DNA of 64,000 nucleotides from Octopus sinensis (GCF_006345805.1 NC_043010.1:35216001-35280000); one strand, 5' to 3'. Positions 36,123-50,157 are shown, counted from the stretch's first letter. Numbers and translations: made by a program. The notes: generated from the sequence alone by a model not told the origin.

Positions 36123-37037
36123 CACACACCTACACCTACAAATTTATATTAGCCATTTACGAATATCATCTATTTCTCACCGCATATTTATTCTCTAGTT
36201 AGCCTTTTTAATGCTCTGAGTATTAATGTTAACATTAACTCAACTACTGTTTATTTGGGGGTTTTTTTGGGGGGGGGATACTTTTTTTTCTGTTATTTTT
36301 AACATGCAGACTTACAACCATGTATCATTGGCTGTGTGGTCAAAAAGCTTGCTTCCCACCCATATGTTCTTGGGGTTCAGTCCCTCTGTGTAGCACCTTT
36401 GGGCAAGTATATTCTACTGCCAATGCCTTGTGAGTGGATCTGGTAGATGAAAGCCTATCATGTATGTATGTGCGTGTGTGTGTGTATGTGTGTGTGTGTT
36501 TAAATGTGTGTATGTGTGAGTGTGTCTTTGTCTTGATGTCATATAATGGTCGTAAACAAGCATGTTGTTTGTTTTCAGTCTTCTGTGAAAAACATGTCTG
36601 GCCACGAGGGAAATATTACCATGCCTGGAAACAGGTGAATGTTGGCAACAGAAAGAGCATCCAGCCGTAGAAAATCTATCTCAACAAATTTTATCTGACC
36701 CATGCAAGTATAGTAAAACTGAAATTAAATGATTGCCATGATGACCTCTGTGTATGTTGCAAGAGGTGATTGGCTAAAAGACTTGGCATCAGGAAAGGTA
36801 ACACATCACAAATCATTGCCTCATGAAACTACATCCAATCCCTGCCAACATTTGTCTCTCAGTGAGCGAAGGGGAGGAATGGGGCTTGTGATTTTCATGT
36901 ATTTCCACATATAGGAAACCAAATGTGAGAACGTATGTAAGTCAAGGTTTCCACTGGCTGAGTAGTTAAAAATACACATACTTGTACAAAAACATAAAAA
37001 CACACACATGTATACATAGTTATATATATATATATAT

Positions 37038-37248
37038 ACTCTTTTACTCTTTTACTTGTTTCAGTCATTTGACTGCCGCCATGCTGGAGCACCGCCTTTA
37101 GTCGAGCAAATCGACCCCGGGACTTATTCTTTGTAAGCCCAGTACTTATTCTATCGGTCTCTTTTTGCTGAACCGCTAAGTGATGGGGACGTAAACACAC
37201 CAGCATCGGTTGTCAAGCAATGCTAGGGGGACAAAGACAGACACACAA

Positions 37249-37292
<44 letters not shown>

Positions 37293-37456
37293 GACAGGCT
37301 TCTTTCAGTTTCCGTCTACCAAATCCACTCACAAAGCATTGGTCGGCCCGGGGCTATAGCAGAAGACACTTGCCCAAGATGCCACGCAGTGAGACTGAAC
37401 CCGGAACCATGTGGTTGGTTAGCAAGCTACTTACCACACAGCCACTCCTGCACCTA
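37038..37456 (-). mobile_element. SINE family A copy
   Basis: Reverse-complement homolog of 10119-10496. Confidence 0.8.
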
Positions 37457-37996
37457 TATATATATACATGCACCCATATACACACACACATACATATATA
37501 CATAGCAATATATGCATTGATACATATGCACACACACACACATGGATCCAAACATGTACTTAGACATATAGATACAGACATATTTACAAAAACAGGCATA
37601 CATAAACTCAAATATACACACAAATCTTGTACATATTTACATCTTCATATGATAGCTGTCCCCTCATGACTGAGGAAGACCATCAATGACCATTAAAAAC
37701 ATTGTATACTGAGAGAAATTTATACCTTACAATTGTGGCTGCACTGATAACTAATGAACCCAGCTCTCGATAAACATACCCGTCAGTAGATATTGCAGAC
37801 CAAGCTTCTTCCATTCACTACATTAGCAGTATGCTTTTGAGCAGCTTGCTTAAATTCTGCATGGAAAATGAGTGATTTTTTTTTTCAAAAATACTCTCTA
37901 CATCCTTTGCTTACTTCTTCCATTGCTGGTGATGACAAGCATTGCTTTCCCATTTGATTTCTCATACTTCAATAAGCACCTTACATACACATTTAA

Positions 37997-38217
37997 CCCT
38001 TTCGTTACCAACCAGGCCAAAACCGGCTCTGGCTCTGTAGTACAAATGTCTTATTTTCATAAGTTTTGCATTAAAATATACCACCAAACCTTAGTTGCAA
38101 TTTATGTTCCTAACACTTGTTTAATCATAACTAAGTTATTTTACTAAATTCTTTGTTATATCTAAAATAATTGAAAGAAACACAGAGCATCTCAAAATAA
38201 ATACAGTAACGAAAGGG
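37997..38217. mobile_element. piggyBac-type MITE copy 2
   Basis: TTAA|CCCTTTCGTTAC...GTAACGAAAGGG|TTAA. Confidence 0.88.
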
Positions 38218-39106
38218 TTAAACACATGAACACCACACACATAGGCAGACATACAGACATACACAATACACATATAAATCTCTCACATAAATACAGACAC
38301 ACATCCATACACAAAGGGATACATACATGCACACGTTTTTTTCTTTTTTTGTGGTGGGGGGTATGATTCTCAACTAGAATATAATCGGTAACAGAGTAAC
38401 ATCAGTGACTAGTGATGGTGCTCAGCAGAAAAAAAAAACAAAAAAGAAAATTAGTGAACAGTGGTGTAGCTAGAGTGTGTGCCACCACCACCCCCAACCC
38501 ACAAAAATACATATTGCACAGTGACTATATCAATTGTTGCATTTAATGGTGAGCAGTGTCTGTGTCCCAACATTAAAACCACTATTATTTGATTTCAATA
38601 CAGCCTATACAGGCTTATAGCCTACAGCAGACCCCCCATAAAAGTGCCACCCGGGGAAGACCATTCCCTCCATCCCCCTCAGAGCTTCTGTACTCCTAGA
38701 CAGATACCTTGCAATGTGATTTGCAAAGTCCATGACTCTCTTGTGTGTTCATTACAGTTTGGCAAGTTTTCTATGACTGGATGCCCTTCCTATCATCTTA
38801 CAGAGAATACTGTGTACACAGTGCATTTTTTTCTTTTTCATACTACTGACATTAGAGAGGTCATCCTACGCAAAGAAGATCAAAGAGACCCCCTCTCTGT
38901 ATCAGTTTTCATTCGAAGTTACTGGTGATAAAGATATGTAGTCTGCAATGTTGCTTCATTCTGGTCCTTTGTCCCTTGCCTACCACCTATCTCAATTCTT
39001 TGTCACACCACGAGATCAGTTTTCTATTTTGCCATCCTAGACAGCCACATACACACACACTGAGGCACAAAGATACACAGACAAGGGATCAGTTAAAAGA
39101 ACTTAC

Positions 39107-39284
39107 CTTTTTCAGTATGCTCCAATGAAAGCTGCTTACGCTTGTACGGTGAATAACATAAACACAATCTTGATTCCTTGATGAGGTCACAGTGGATGAT
39201 TGATATTACTGGTTTCAGGATGTGAGTAGCAGTGAGAATGCCAGTGAGAAGACACAGCAAAAATCCTCCAAGGTTCAAAACCAT
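39107..39284 (-). CDS. Uncharacterised type I membrane protein, first coding exon (exon 39296-39107; signal peptide + start of ectodomain)
   Basis: cttttcag acceptor, exon starts 39296; only one open frame; ATG 39284 gives MVLNLGGFLLCLLTGILTATHILKPVISIIHCDLIKESRLCLCYSPYKRKQLSLEHTEK; AAAG|gtaagt phase-1 donor fits the next exon. Confidence 0.7.
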
Positions 39285-39399
39285 TACCACAAACAACTGA
39301 AAAGATATCATAATTAAGAAATAAGCAAATAAATAATATATATATATTGTCAGTAGTTCATACATCTGAAAGAGAAGCATGCTCTAAAATATTAAAGCA

Positions 39400-39830
39400 G
39401 CAACATCACATTGCTGGCCAGCCACGTAATGCATTTAAAAGAGGAGGGCATGCCATACATAATTAAATGGAGGCTCCTCAAACAGCCAGGGACTTATATT
39501 AATGGGAGCAAACAATGTAAACTTTGCTTGGCCAAAGTACCAAAAAACCTGAAAAACTTGCTTGACCTGGAGGACCTTTTAAACTCCAGAAAAGAAATGT
39601 TTAGTCAATGTCCTCATCAAAGATGTTACTTGTTGCAAGCTTGGAATTACCCATCAAGAGAGATAACCCCTTTCCTCCTGAAACCTACCTGCATGTTTCA
39701 TTCCAGATATTTTTTTATTTACAAAACTAACTGACCATGATATTTTCCTCCCTCCAGTTGTAGAGAGTTTATGTGTCTCCAACTGTTTGAGTCTGACAAG
39801 TCACCTATACAACATGTAGTTGCAAAACAA
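39400..39830 (+). mobile_element. Penelope GIY-YIG C-terminal relic and 3' region
   Basis: LASHVMHLKEEGMPYIIKWRLLK...SKQCKLCLA...LLNSRKEMFSQCPH, same motif order as ORF 16567-17055. Confidence 0.75.
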
Positions 39831-42800
39831 TTTTCTAAACAATAGAGCTGTAGCTCTTTGACCAATTATATGTTGATGCCCAGATCATTAATGTTTAATT
39901 ATTCATGAAGACAACTAATCCTAAATGCTTGTATTTATAACCCTAAGAACTATACAGAATAGCAGGGGGGGGGGGGCAGAATCCAAACTGAAACCTAACT
40001 GTACACTAAATTCTTCACAAAAGCCAACCTTAACTTTGCTTACAGTACCCATGCATTGCATAAATAGATCTTACAAGACATTCATCAATGTCTGGTTTTA
40101 ATTGACACTCTGTCAGTTATGACAACGAGAATTCTAGTTGATCCAATCAACAGAACAGCCTGTTCATAAAATTAACTTGCAAGTGGCTGAACACTCCACA
40201 GACACACGTATCCTTAACATAGTTCTTGGAGATTCACCATGACACAGAATGTGAGAAGGTTGGCCCTTTGAAACATGGGTACAACACATTTTTACCAGCT
40301 GAGTCAACTGGAGCAACATGAAATAAAGTGTGTTACTCAAGAACACAAGGCACTGCCAAAAATCGAACCCGTGACTTTACGACTGTCAACCAAACACCCT
40401 AACCACTAAACCATGCACCTTCACTTCTGGTTTTAACAGTACGTACTTAATTGACAGTGTGGAGCTCTGTAAAAGCTTTCTATGTACAAGACAAATAGAC
40501 ATGGAGATCCCTGCACACCGCCCCTATGAGCTAAGATTTTCTAATTACATACTGTCATCAATCTTTGCTTTGCAGCAAACATCGATACCCCACCAACACA
40601 CACACACACTGATACACAGAGACATCCATTATATACAAGCAATACATAACAGTAGACAGCGGAACATCAAAAGTTCCCTGTTTTCAGACAGACTACAAAC
40701 ACTTGTACATTCAATTCCTAGATGGACATGTTGCTAAGTTGTAAAAATTGTTCCATGATCAAAATATAGCAAGAACAACCAAAAAATATAATCACTTGAT
40801 ACACCATGTATAACAACAGATGTGTTAATAACAAAAACATTATCAGCAACAATAACAATATACTTCTTCCCATAAAAATATGCAGACAGAATAACCACAC
40901 ACACACACACGTGCATACATGTGCGCATGCACACATACACTTGCACACACACACACAATCAACTAACAAAATAAAAATGTCAGTTATATAATGATAGCAT
41001 TAATAATGATGATGATCATGATGATGATAGTAATGGCTATTATTTCCTTTCACTTACATTACTAACGATGTACTGAGTAAATTATAAACATCCCAACACC
41101 CCCCCCTTAACCTTTCATTCCCCTATTTCATGCATGCATTCCTCATTTTAAAATACATTGGAAGATAATGAGTTTACTAAGTGACTATGGAATGAATCCT
41201 ATCCTGATCGGTGTGATCTCGCTTTTCATAGTTAGAAAAATTTAGCTGCTTCTTTGAACACATCAAATAATTACAGAGAACAATTACATGCTTGGTTTGT
41301 GTGGTCGGTATTTAAAAGATGATAAGGGATATATTTGAGGGAAATTTGGCTGTTAAATTGGGCAGGTGGAATGACTACATAAAACTCAACTCATTGGTTT
41401 TATGCGGTTCCAGTTTTAAAGATGTTAGGGATATTTTCAAGGAAGATTTCGCAGCTGCTTTGGGCAGATAAAATTACTAAATAGATTTCTCCTTGACTTG
41501 TGTTGTTCCTATTTTAATCACGGTTAGGGATATTTTTTGAGGGAGTTTTGGCTGTGTAACTACACTGAACAGGTGAAATCACTGACTACATAGAAGTTTT
41601 CCTTATTGGCTTGTGTAGTCCCTATTGAAGGACAATGTCACTGCTACATTGATCACCATCAATAACAACACAGACAAAAGCAGAAGAAACTCCCACGCTA
41701 CCTTATGCTAAGTAAAAGGTTGTTGATAACTCTCTCGTGTGACTTTAAGGGTTTTCAAACACTCCAACAACTGTCATTTAGCTCCCTTTTTTTTTAATTT
41801 AATGTTTATATTTTTTCTTCATTTTTTTTTTATCTTATTTTCATTTTTACCTTTTCTTTAATTTTATTTCCTTAACAACCCCCATGCATTAACACCTGGT
41901 TAATTTCTATAGCAGAAAAGATGAAGGGTGGGAAAGTTTCAGTTGACTCATCAGAAAAAAAGGGTGGTGGTGTGATTTGTTCCAAATTGACACACACACT
42001 TCCACACCACAGACTGGTCTCACTCCAATTCATGTGCTTTGTTGAGTAACACAATCAGAGCAACACAGCTAACTGCCTTGCTACTCCCACTTTCTTTTTA
42101 TCATAATCATCCCCATCACCATCCTCCATCATAATCCTCATCATCATCATCACCATAAACATCTTCATCATCATCATCATCACCACCATACTCCTCATCA
42201 TCATCATCACCATACTCCTCCTCCTCATCATCATCATCATCATCACATAGTGCAAATGCACCACCTTCCTCTTCCCCTCACTCTGTCTTTATTTCCACTC
42301 TCACTCTACTTCAATCATAAAAGTCATTATGAATAGGCTACCCTATATAACCACAGAGCTATCCATTGATGGGTGATCAGTTCCATTGATCTGTCTCCAA
42401 GGAAATCTGGGGCCTATTTCTGACAACTAGATGAACTGAGGCAGGGAAGGGTAAAGTGTCCTGTGTCTAAGCACAAGATACCAAGCAGTGGATTTGAACT
42501 CAGGTTTCATGGGTAAATTGTTACAATAAGGTCACAGATATAGCTGTTTGATTAAGAAGTTAATTTTTCAGCTACAAAGTTTGGGGCTCAATCCCACAGT
42601 ACAGCACTTCAAGCAAGTGTTTTTCTACAAAAGTCACATAAAAGGGATTAGGTAGGTGGAGACTGTGTGGAAGCCCACTGAAGGGACTATTCCAGTTATT
42701 GAGAGGCATTTACACTTTGCCTCTGGGTTTGGCACCACCACCTGACCCTCGAATAAAGCAGTGAATTGGCAGATTCATTAGAGTATCAGATAGAATGCCT

Positions 42801-43558
42801 TGTGGTAGTTGTTTTGGGTCTTTGCACTGAGTTCAAATCCAGGTAAGTCATCTTTGCCTTTCATCCTTTGGGGGTTCAATGGAAAAAGTACCAAGCAAAG
42901 GGTTGGATTAACAGAACTGTTAGGAGGTTGAGTGAGGTACCTTGTAATATCTTCCGAGAAATATATCTAAGACTACATTATCCAAAATGTCTGTTCTACT
43001 TTAAGACATTTGATTAAAGAGAGATTTAGCTACTATCTCTAGCAAATGATCACAATGAAATGTCTTCATAACCATCATTTGTCTGTGTATGCATGTATTT
43101 ATGTGTGCCTTTATATATGTGCATAAGTATGTCTATATCTATGTGAGAGGTATGAATGCATGGGTTTATATATATAAATACTTGCAAGATTTGTTTGTAT
43201 ATTTAAGCTTATATGTGTGTATGTGTGCTGATATATCTAAGTACATTATAGGTGCATGCATATCTGTGACAATGCATACATACATATATAATGTGGTAAT
43301 GCTTCAACAAGTAGAAAAGCACTCAGTCAACTAAGAGAGTAAAGATAATCTCAAAAGGAAACTGACAAATGGTCTTGTTTTCAGCTTGATAAACTGTAGA
43401 ATAACTTATTTTGACCAGGAAACCCTGGGTAGCTGCATTTACAAGATTTGTGGGTTTTTTACTTTACAAAATCTATATATATATATATATAATGGCGGTG
43501 CCCCAGCATGGCCACAGCTCAAGAGCTGAAACTGGAAAACAACGAACAACATAATATA

Positions 43559-43791
43559 CTCACAAGTTGGCCAAAAGTCACCTGACAGTTAATTAAAAAC
43601 ATTTAATTCCAAAATTTATTTATGTTTAACAACTGAATGAATTTAATAAAAGCATCTAAATATGAAATATCATGAAAATTGTTCAAACTGAAGTCCTTGA
43701 ACAACACATTTTTCCATTAAAGTCAATACAGAATTACAGATAATATTTATGGAATATTGATTTACTGTCAGGTGACTTTTGGCCAACCCTC

Positions 43792-43793
<2 letters not shown>
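43559..43793. mobile_element. MITE with ~30-bp TIRs (GTTGGCCAAAAGTCACCTGACAGT)
   Basis: Left 43566-43589 is the reverse complement of right ~43765-43788; AT-rich non-coding interior. Confidence 0.75.
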
Positions 43794-43836
<43 letters not shown>

Positions 43837-44299
43837 TGTGTAGGTGCATATTGTCATATATATATACATAGTTATATATATATGTGTGTGTGTGTGCATT
43901 TTTATGCTTTCATAAGAGCATGTATATTTTTAATTAATCAGCCAACCAAGACCATGTCTCACATTCTCACATTTGGTTTCCCATGTTTAGAAATGCATAA
44001 ACATCACAACCCCCGCTTCACCCACCCACCTCTCCTTCTCTCACTGAGAGACAAATGCCGATAATAAAGTAAAAAAATCCATAGATAAATCCCACAGATT
44101 AGTAACAAGAAATAAGGGACAGAAAGCCAGATACAGGTCAGTGAGTAGAGGGTAGTGACGGAAGGAATTAGGGGTCTGAACTACAACATACATTTTGTAT
44201 TGTTGTAGTTCACTGAGGTGTCATCTACAATTTGTGGGCGTCTGAAAAGGGTGGAACTTGCGATATGGTTGCATGGCTTCAGGCGTGAACATCTTTCAT

Positions 44300-44921
44300 T
44301 TTTTTTATCTTTTACTCATTTCAGGCATCAGACTGCGGCCATGCTGGGGCACCAACTTGAATTTTTTTGTCAAATGAATCAACCCCAGTACTTCTTTCTT
44401 AAGCCTGATACTTATTCTTTCAGTCTCAACACTGGTTGTAAAGCAGTGATGGGAGGAGGCGTGGGGGGCAAACATAGACAAAAAGACACACACACAAACA
44501 TACATACATTTATAAATACACACACAGATATATATATATATATATATCATCATCATCATCATCATCAACATCATCGTTTAACATCCGCTTTCCATGCTAG
44601 CATACGTTGGACGATTTGACTGAGGTCTGGTGAACCAGATGGCTGCACCAGGCTCCAATCTTGATCTGGCAGAGTTTCTACAGCTGGATGCCCTCCCTAA
44701 CACCAACCACTCCGAAATGGAAGTGGGTGCTTTTATGTGCCACCGGCACGAGGGCCAGTCAGGCGGTACTGGCAATGGCCATGCTCAAATGGTGCTTTTT
44801 ATGAGCCACCTGCACAGAAGCCAGTCCAGTGGCACTGGCAACGACCTCGCTCGAATGTTTTTACATGTGCCACCAGCACAAGTACCAGTAAGGCGACTCA
44901 GGTAATGATCACGCTTGAATG

Positions 44922-44967
<46 letters not shown>

Positions 44968-45126
44968 GGCTTCTTTCAGTTTCCATCTATCAAATCTACT
45001 CACAAGGCTTTGGTCATCCCAAGCCTATAGTAGAAGATACTTGCCCAAGGAGCCATGCAGTGGGACTGAGCACTGAACCGTGTGGTTGGGAAGCAAGCTT
45101 CTTACCACATAGCCACACCTGCGCCT
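44300..45126 (-). mobile_element. SINE family A copy split by a family D insertion (~44545-44925) in its internal microsatellite
   Basis: 3' half 44300-44520, 5' half 44965-45126. Confidence 0.65.
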
Positions 45127-45671
45127 ATATGTACACACACATACATATACATACACACATAAATATACACACATGTATGTGTGTGCATATTTTGCATCTT
45201 TTATACTTTACTTGTTTCAATCATTGGACTGTGACCATGCTGGGGCACCAGCTTGAAGGGTTTAGTCAAACAAACTGAACACAGTATTTACAGTTTATTT
45301 ATTTTATTTTCTTTTGAAGCCTGGTACTTATTCTTGTGGTCTCTTTTGCCAAACCACTAAGTTACATGGACATAAACAACCCAGCAGTAGTTGCCAAATG
45401 GTAGAAGGGGAGACAAATGCACAAAGACACACACAGATATATCTTCTCATATATATATATGCCTCACCTGGCACCTGTGCAGGTGGCACGTAAAAAGCAC
45501 CCACTACACTCATGGAGTGGTTGGCGTTAGGAAGGGCATCCAGCTGTAGAAACATTGCCAGATAAGACTGGAGCCTGGTGCAGCCTTCTGGCTTCCCAGA
45601 TTCCCGGTCGAACCGTCCAACCCATGCTAGCATGGAGAACGGACGTTAAACGATGATGATGATGATGATGA

Positions 45672-45709
<38 letters not shown>

Positions 45710-45938
45710 CAACATTATAATATCCGAAAGTTGATGAACAAACTAAATTTGTTTCTCCATTTTCTTATTTGTATTATAAATTTACGATAAAAATATTTCT
45801 TTACCCTCACCCGTTTAATACAATAAATGAGTTAATTGCATTGCAATTAAAAACATTTAGTATTAAGAATCTAGGTACTTTACCAACAGTATATTGGATA
45901 AATGCTATCCCATAGTGGGATAACCCCGATCTTACTTT

Positions 45939-45996
<58 letters not shown>

Positions 45997-46214
45997 GTAT
46001 ATATATATATATGTATATATATGATATTATAAATATGTATATTTATGTATAATAAAGTATATATATATATTATATATGTATGTAATATATGTATATATAG
46101 ATATGTATATATATGTATGTATATATGTATCTATATGTGTGTGTGTTTGTGTGTGTGTGTATGTAGAGTTAAGTTATATTCTGCAACATTGGAAAATACA
46201 GTATAAAACTCGCC

Positions 46215-46249
<35 letters not shown>

Positions 46250-46267
46250 TATATATATACACACATA

Positions 46268-46631
46268 CAGGGTGATTCAAAAGTCACCATACATAGGAAC
46301 AATTTATCTTTTTATAAGAAACGGTTTATAAGAAAAGGTTTCTTTTTATTTAACAGGCTCTATATGGTTACCATTGTTTTGAATACACTTGGCAATACGT
46401 TTACCCCAACTCATTGTGAACTCGTAATAGCACATCTGGTGATACGTGTACAAATGAGTTGGTGATGCGTTCCTTCAAATGATTTATGTCTTTTATCTTT
46501 CCGCGATACACCATGCCTTTCAAATGCTCCCAAAGATAGAAATCAAGAGGGGTCAGATCAGGGGATCTTATAAACTGTTTCTTATAAAAAAATAAATTTT
46601 TCCTATGTATGGAGACTTTTGAATCACCATG
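46268..46631 (-). mobile_element. Internally deleted Tc1/mariner-superfamily element (364 bp), ~66-bp TIRs, TA TSD
   Basis: TA|CAGGGTGATTCAAAAGTCACCATACATAGG...CCTATGTATGGAGACTTTTGAATCACCATG|TA; retains RSPDLTPLDFYLWEHLKGMVY. Confidence 0.9.
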
Positions 46632-47089
46632 TATGTCTGTATGTATGTATGTACGTACGTACATATGACAGGCTTCTTTCAGTTTCTGTACTGACTATCA
46701 AATCCACATATATATACTATAGAGACATCATCATCATCATCATTTAATGTCCGTTTTCCGCGCTAGCACGAGTTAGATGGTTCGACCGGGGTCTGGGAAG
46801 CCAGGGGCTGCACCAGGCTCCAGTCTGATCTGGCAGTGTTTCTACAGCTGGATGCCCTTCCTAACGCCAACCACTCCGCGAGTGTAGTGGGTGCTTTTTA
46901 CATGCCACACACTGAAAGCACACACATACATATACATGAATGTGTACTGCGTGTGTGTGTACATGATTATATTGCATGTGTGTGTCTGTGTGTGTGCGCG
47001 TGCGTGTGTCTGTGTGTTTGTGTGTGAGCGTGCACGCATGATGGACACCTATATATTTGCTAAATTCTTCACTGAACTCATTTGTAAAC

Positions 47090-48480
47090 TCTCATCTTAC
47101 AGGTAGCATCTTTGTACATGGCTTGCATGGGTCTCAAAAGCCATTCAATTACATTTAGTTTCCTTAGCAACCAGCAGGCCAGGAAGCATGATACCCAGTC
47201 AAAGCTTTCTCCATATCAACAAATGAAAAAGCGTGGCTTGCTCTTTGCCACTGTACTTATCTCACTAGGAAGAAGGCATTGTTGATACTCCAGCCTGGTA
47301 CAAACTTCATCAAAGGTAATTCTGTTCCTAATTAATTGTGCCATAACTTATCAAAACTTGGTCCATCAGTTTGATGCATCTGTAATTGATTCTTTCTACA
47401 ATATCACCTTTGATGATAACATTGATAGAGCAATTAACCTCCTTATAATACCTGATTAGGCATCTGAGTTACTAGCTTATGGTCCTACATTGCCAGATGT
47501 TTCCATCATTTAAATGCCCAAAGCTGTTATTCTTGCACTCAAATCTTTCATAACACCTTTCAACCATGTAACTTGTCAACCTCAATGGCAAGTCCTTCTT
47601 TTGGGTCTACTTGGAGTAGCTCCTCTCTCTCTCGCTCTCTCACACACATATACCTTATACAGTAACTTCATATAGTAATCAAAGTGGGTGAGTGAAGGCA
47701 GCAAGTTGTCAGGAACGTTAGCACGCTGGGCGAAATGCTTAGCGGTATTTCGTCTGTCTTTACGTTCTGAGTTCAAATTCCGCCAAGGCCAACTTTGCCT
47801 TTCATCCTTTCAGGGTCGATAAATTAAGTACCAGTTACACACTGGGATCGATGTAATCGACTTAATACCTATGTCTGTCCTTGTTTGTCCCCTCTATATT
47901 TAGCCCCTTGTGGGTAATAAAGAAATAGGTATTTTGTCTGTCTTTACGTTCTGAGTTCAAATTCCGTCAAGGCCGACTTTGCCTTTCATCCTTTCAAGGT
48001 CGATAAATTAAGTACTAGTTACGTACTGGGGTCGATCTAATCGACTGGCTTCCTCCCCAAAAATTTCAGGCCTTGTACCTATAGTAGAAAAGAATCAAAG
48101 TGGGTGAGTGGGTCACTATCATTCTGTACCTTTAGTACCCCAGTAATGTACTAGCACACAGTTTCACAACTCTGAAAAAGCTCATACTGCTAATCTTCTC
48201 ATTTCTAAAATTGACAAATTTCTCATACTTTCAGCTTCTCTGATTGTCAGGTATAACTAATGTCTAGCTTCTCTTATAGTTACCTTCTATTGTTCCTTGC
48301 GTCTCCACCTTTCTTCCAATCTTTCTAAACTGGTCACTTTGCTTTTACTGCTCTTTCTGCTGCAGCATTCAACCACTATGTCACTTTTGCTTACTTCTGC
48401 ATCAGAACTCTTGTTTTTTAACCACACCACCAACCATAATCCATGCTCCAGGTCCCAAGTTGATTAAGTTACATAGACAT
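47090..48480 (-). mobile_element. Degenerate RTE-type LINE fragment (pre-RT and RT N-terminus), interrupted by SINE 47695-48092
   Basis: KGDIVERINYRCIKLMDQV, FVPGWSINNAFFLVR, FVDMEKA (cf. KGD.....NYRGIKL, FVD.EKAFD). Confidence 0.65.
47695..48092 (+). mobile_element. Dimeric SINE family B element with 18-bp TSD
   Basis: AATCAAAGTGGGTGAGTG at 47677-47694 and 48093-48110; internal ~120-bp direct repeat. Confidence 0.85.
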
Positions 48481-48666
48481 CAGTTGTATGACTAGGACAA
48501 GGGATAATCTCTTTCTACACTAATTGTTTGAAATGTAGAGACACACAAAGACATACTAGACTGGCCCACACTTCTTACTATCAAAAGTTTCACCAATCCT
48601 AAATGGTTAAACATACACACAAGCACAGGCAGACAGACAGACAGGCAGGCAGGCAGGCAGGCAGGC

Positions 48667-48758
<92 letters not shown>

Positions 48759-49030
48759 GCAAAATAAATGCATGCACACACACACAGACACACACACACA
48801 CACAAAGAGTAATATTTGACATCATGCTTGTACAGGCACACACACATACATAAGATCACACATACAGAAATTATGCCTCTTACATACATAGAAGTTACTA
48901 CATCTTTTGTACACACACATACACACACACACACATGTGTACATACACAAACACATACTAACAATATACTTACCACTTTTACAGACAATGAGAACCCCCC
49001 TCTCCTCTATACACACATACACACATAAAT

Positions 49031-49130
49031 NNNNNNNNNNNNNNNNNNNNNNNNNNNNNNNNNNNNNNNNNNNNNNNNNNNNNNNNNNNNNNNNNNNNNN
49101 NNNNNNNNNNNNNNNNNNNNNNNNNNNNNN
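49031..49130. other. Assembly gap (100 N) within (CA)n sequence
   Basis: Run of N. Confidence 1.
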
Positions 49131-49737
49131 CACACACACACCACACACACACACACACATATATATATGAAGTATACAAGAAAAAAATAGAAAAACGTAT
49201 TAGATAGAGTAATCCTAAATCCACTATTAATCCTGAGAAACTAAGATGGAATGAACATGGTTGGAATGCCTTTGATTATAGGTCTACTTTAACCATGGCT
49301 GTCCTAGGGTTAAACAGCAGTAACAGTAAAGTGACAGTATACACACTCTCTTAAACAAAAAAACAATAGTGGCATTGTATACAACACTTCTAGGAAAAAA
49401 AAGCAATAAACAAAACTTAGTATATAGATCGACCCCCTCTAAAAAATAACAATTAAGTGTCACAGCATTCAGAGACCCACCCACCTCTACCATCTCCATA
49501 GCATGTCTCATTTTAAAGTCTTTTTTTTCATCCCAAAATACCACTTAATCCTAAATACCACTTAAAGTTAACAAAATCCAATGAATAATGTAAATCAAGA
49601 TATTGGTGTGTGTGTGTGTGGGATGTATGAGATAGAAACGTTTATGTGTGTATATGTGTATGTATGTGTCCATGTGTATATGTATATATGTGAGCATATG
49701 TGTATGTATGCATGCAAATATATGTATGTACATACAT

Positions 49738-50137
49738 GGCGCAAGAGTGGCTGTGTGGTAAGTAGCTTGCTTATGAACCACATGGTTCTGGGTTCAGTCC
49801 CACTGCATGGCACCTTGGGCAAGTGTCCTCTACTATAACCTCAGGCTGACCAAAGCCTTGTGAGTGGATTTGGTAGGTGGAAACTGAAAGAAGTCAGTCA
49901 TATATATGTATATGTATATATGTATATGTATATATATATGTGTCTGTGTTTGTGCCCCGAACATTGCTTGACAACCGATACTGGTGTGCTTACGTCCCCG
50001 TAACTTAGCAGTTTGGCAAAAGAGACCGACAGAATAAGTACTAGGCTTACAAAGAATAAGTCCTGGGGTTGACTTGCTCGACTAAAGGCAGTGCTCCAGC
50101 ATGGCCACAGTCAAATGACTGAAACAAGTAAAAGAGT
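49738..50137 (+). mobile_element. SINE family A copy
   Basis: Homolog of 10119-10496. Confidence 0.8.
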
Positions 50138-50157
50138 ATATGTACGTATGTATATAT

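Noticed and set aside
37662-37720. CTGAGGA...AAAACATTGTA possible ribozyme fossil
   Set aside because: Too degenerate; stem II and GAAA not supported
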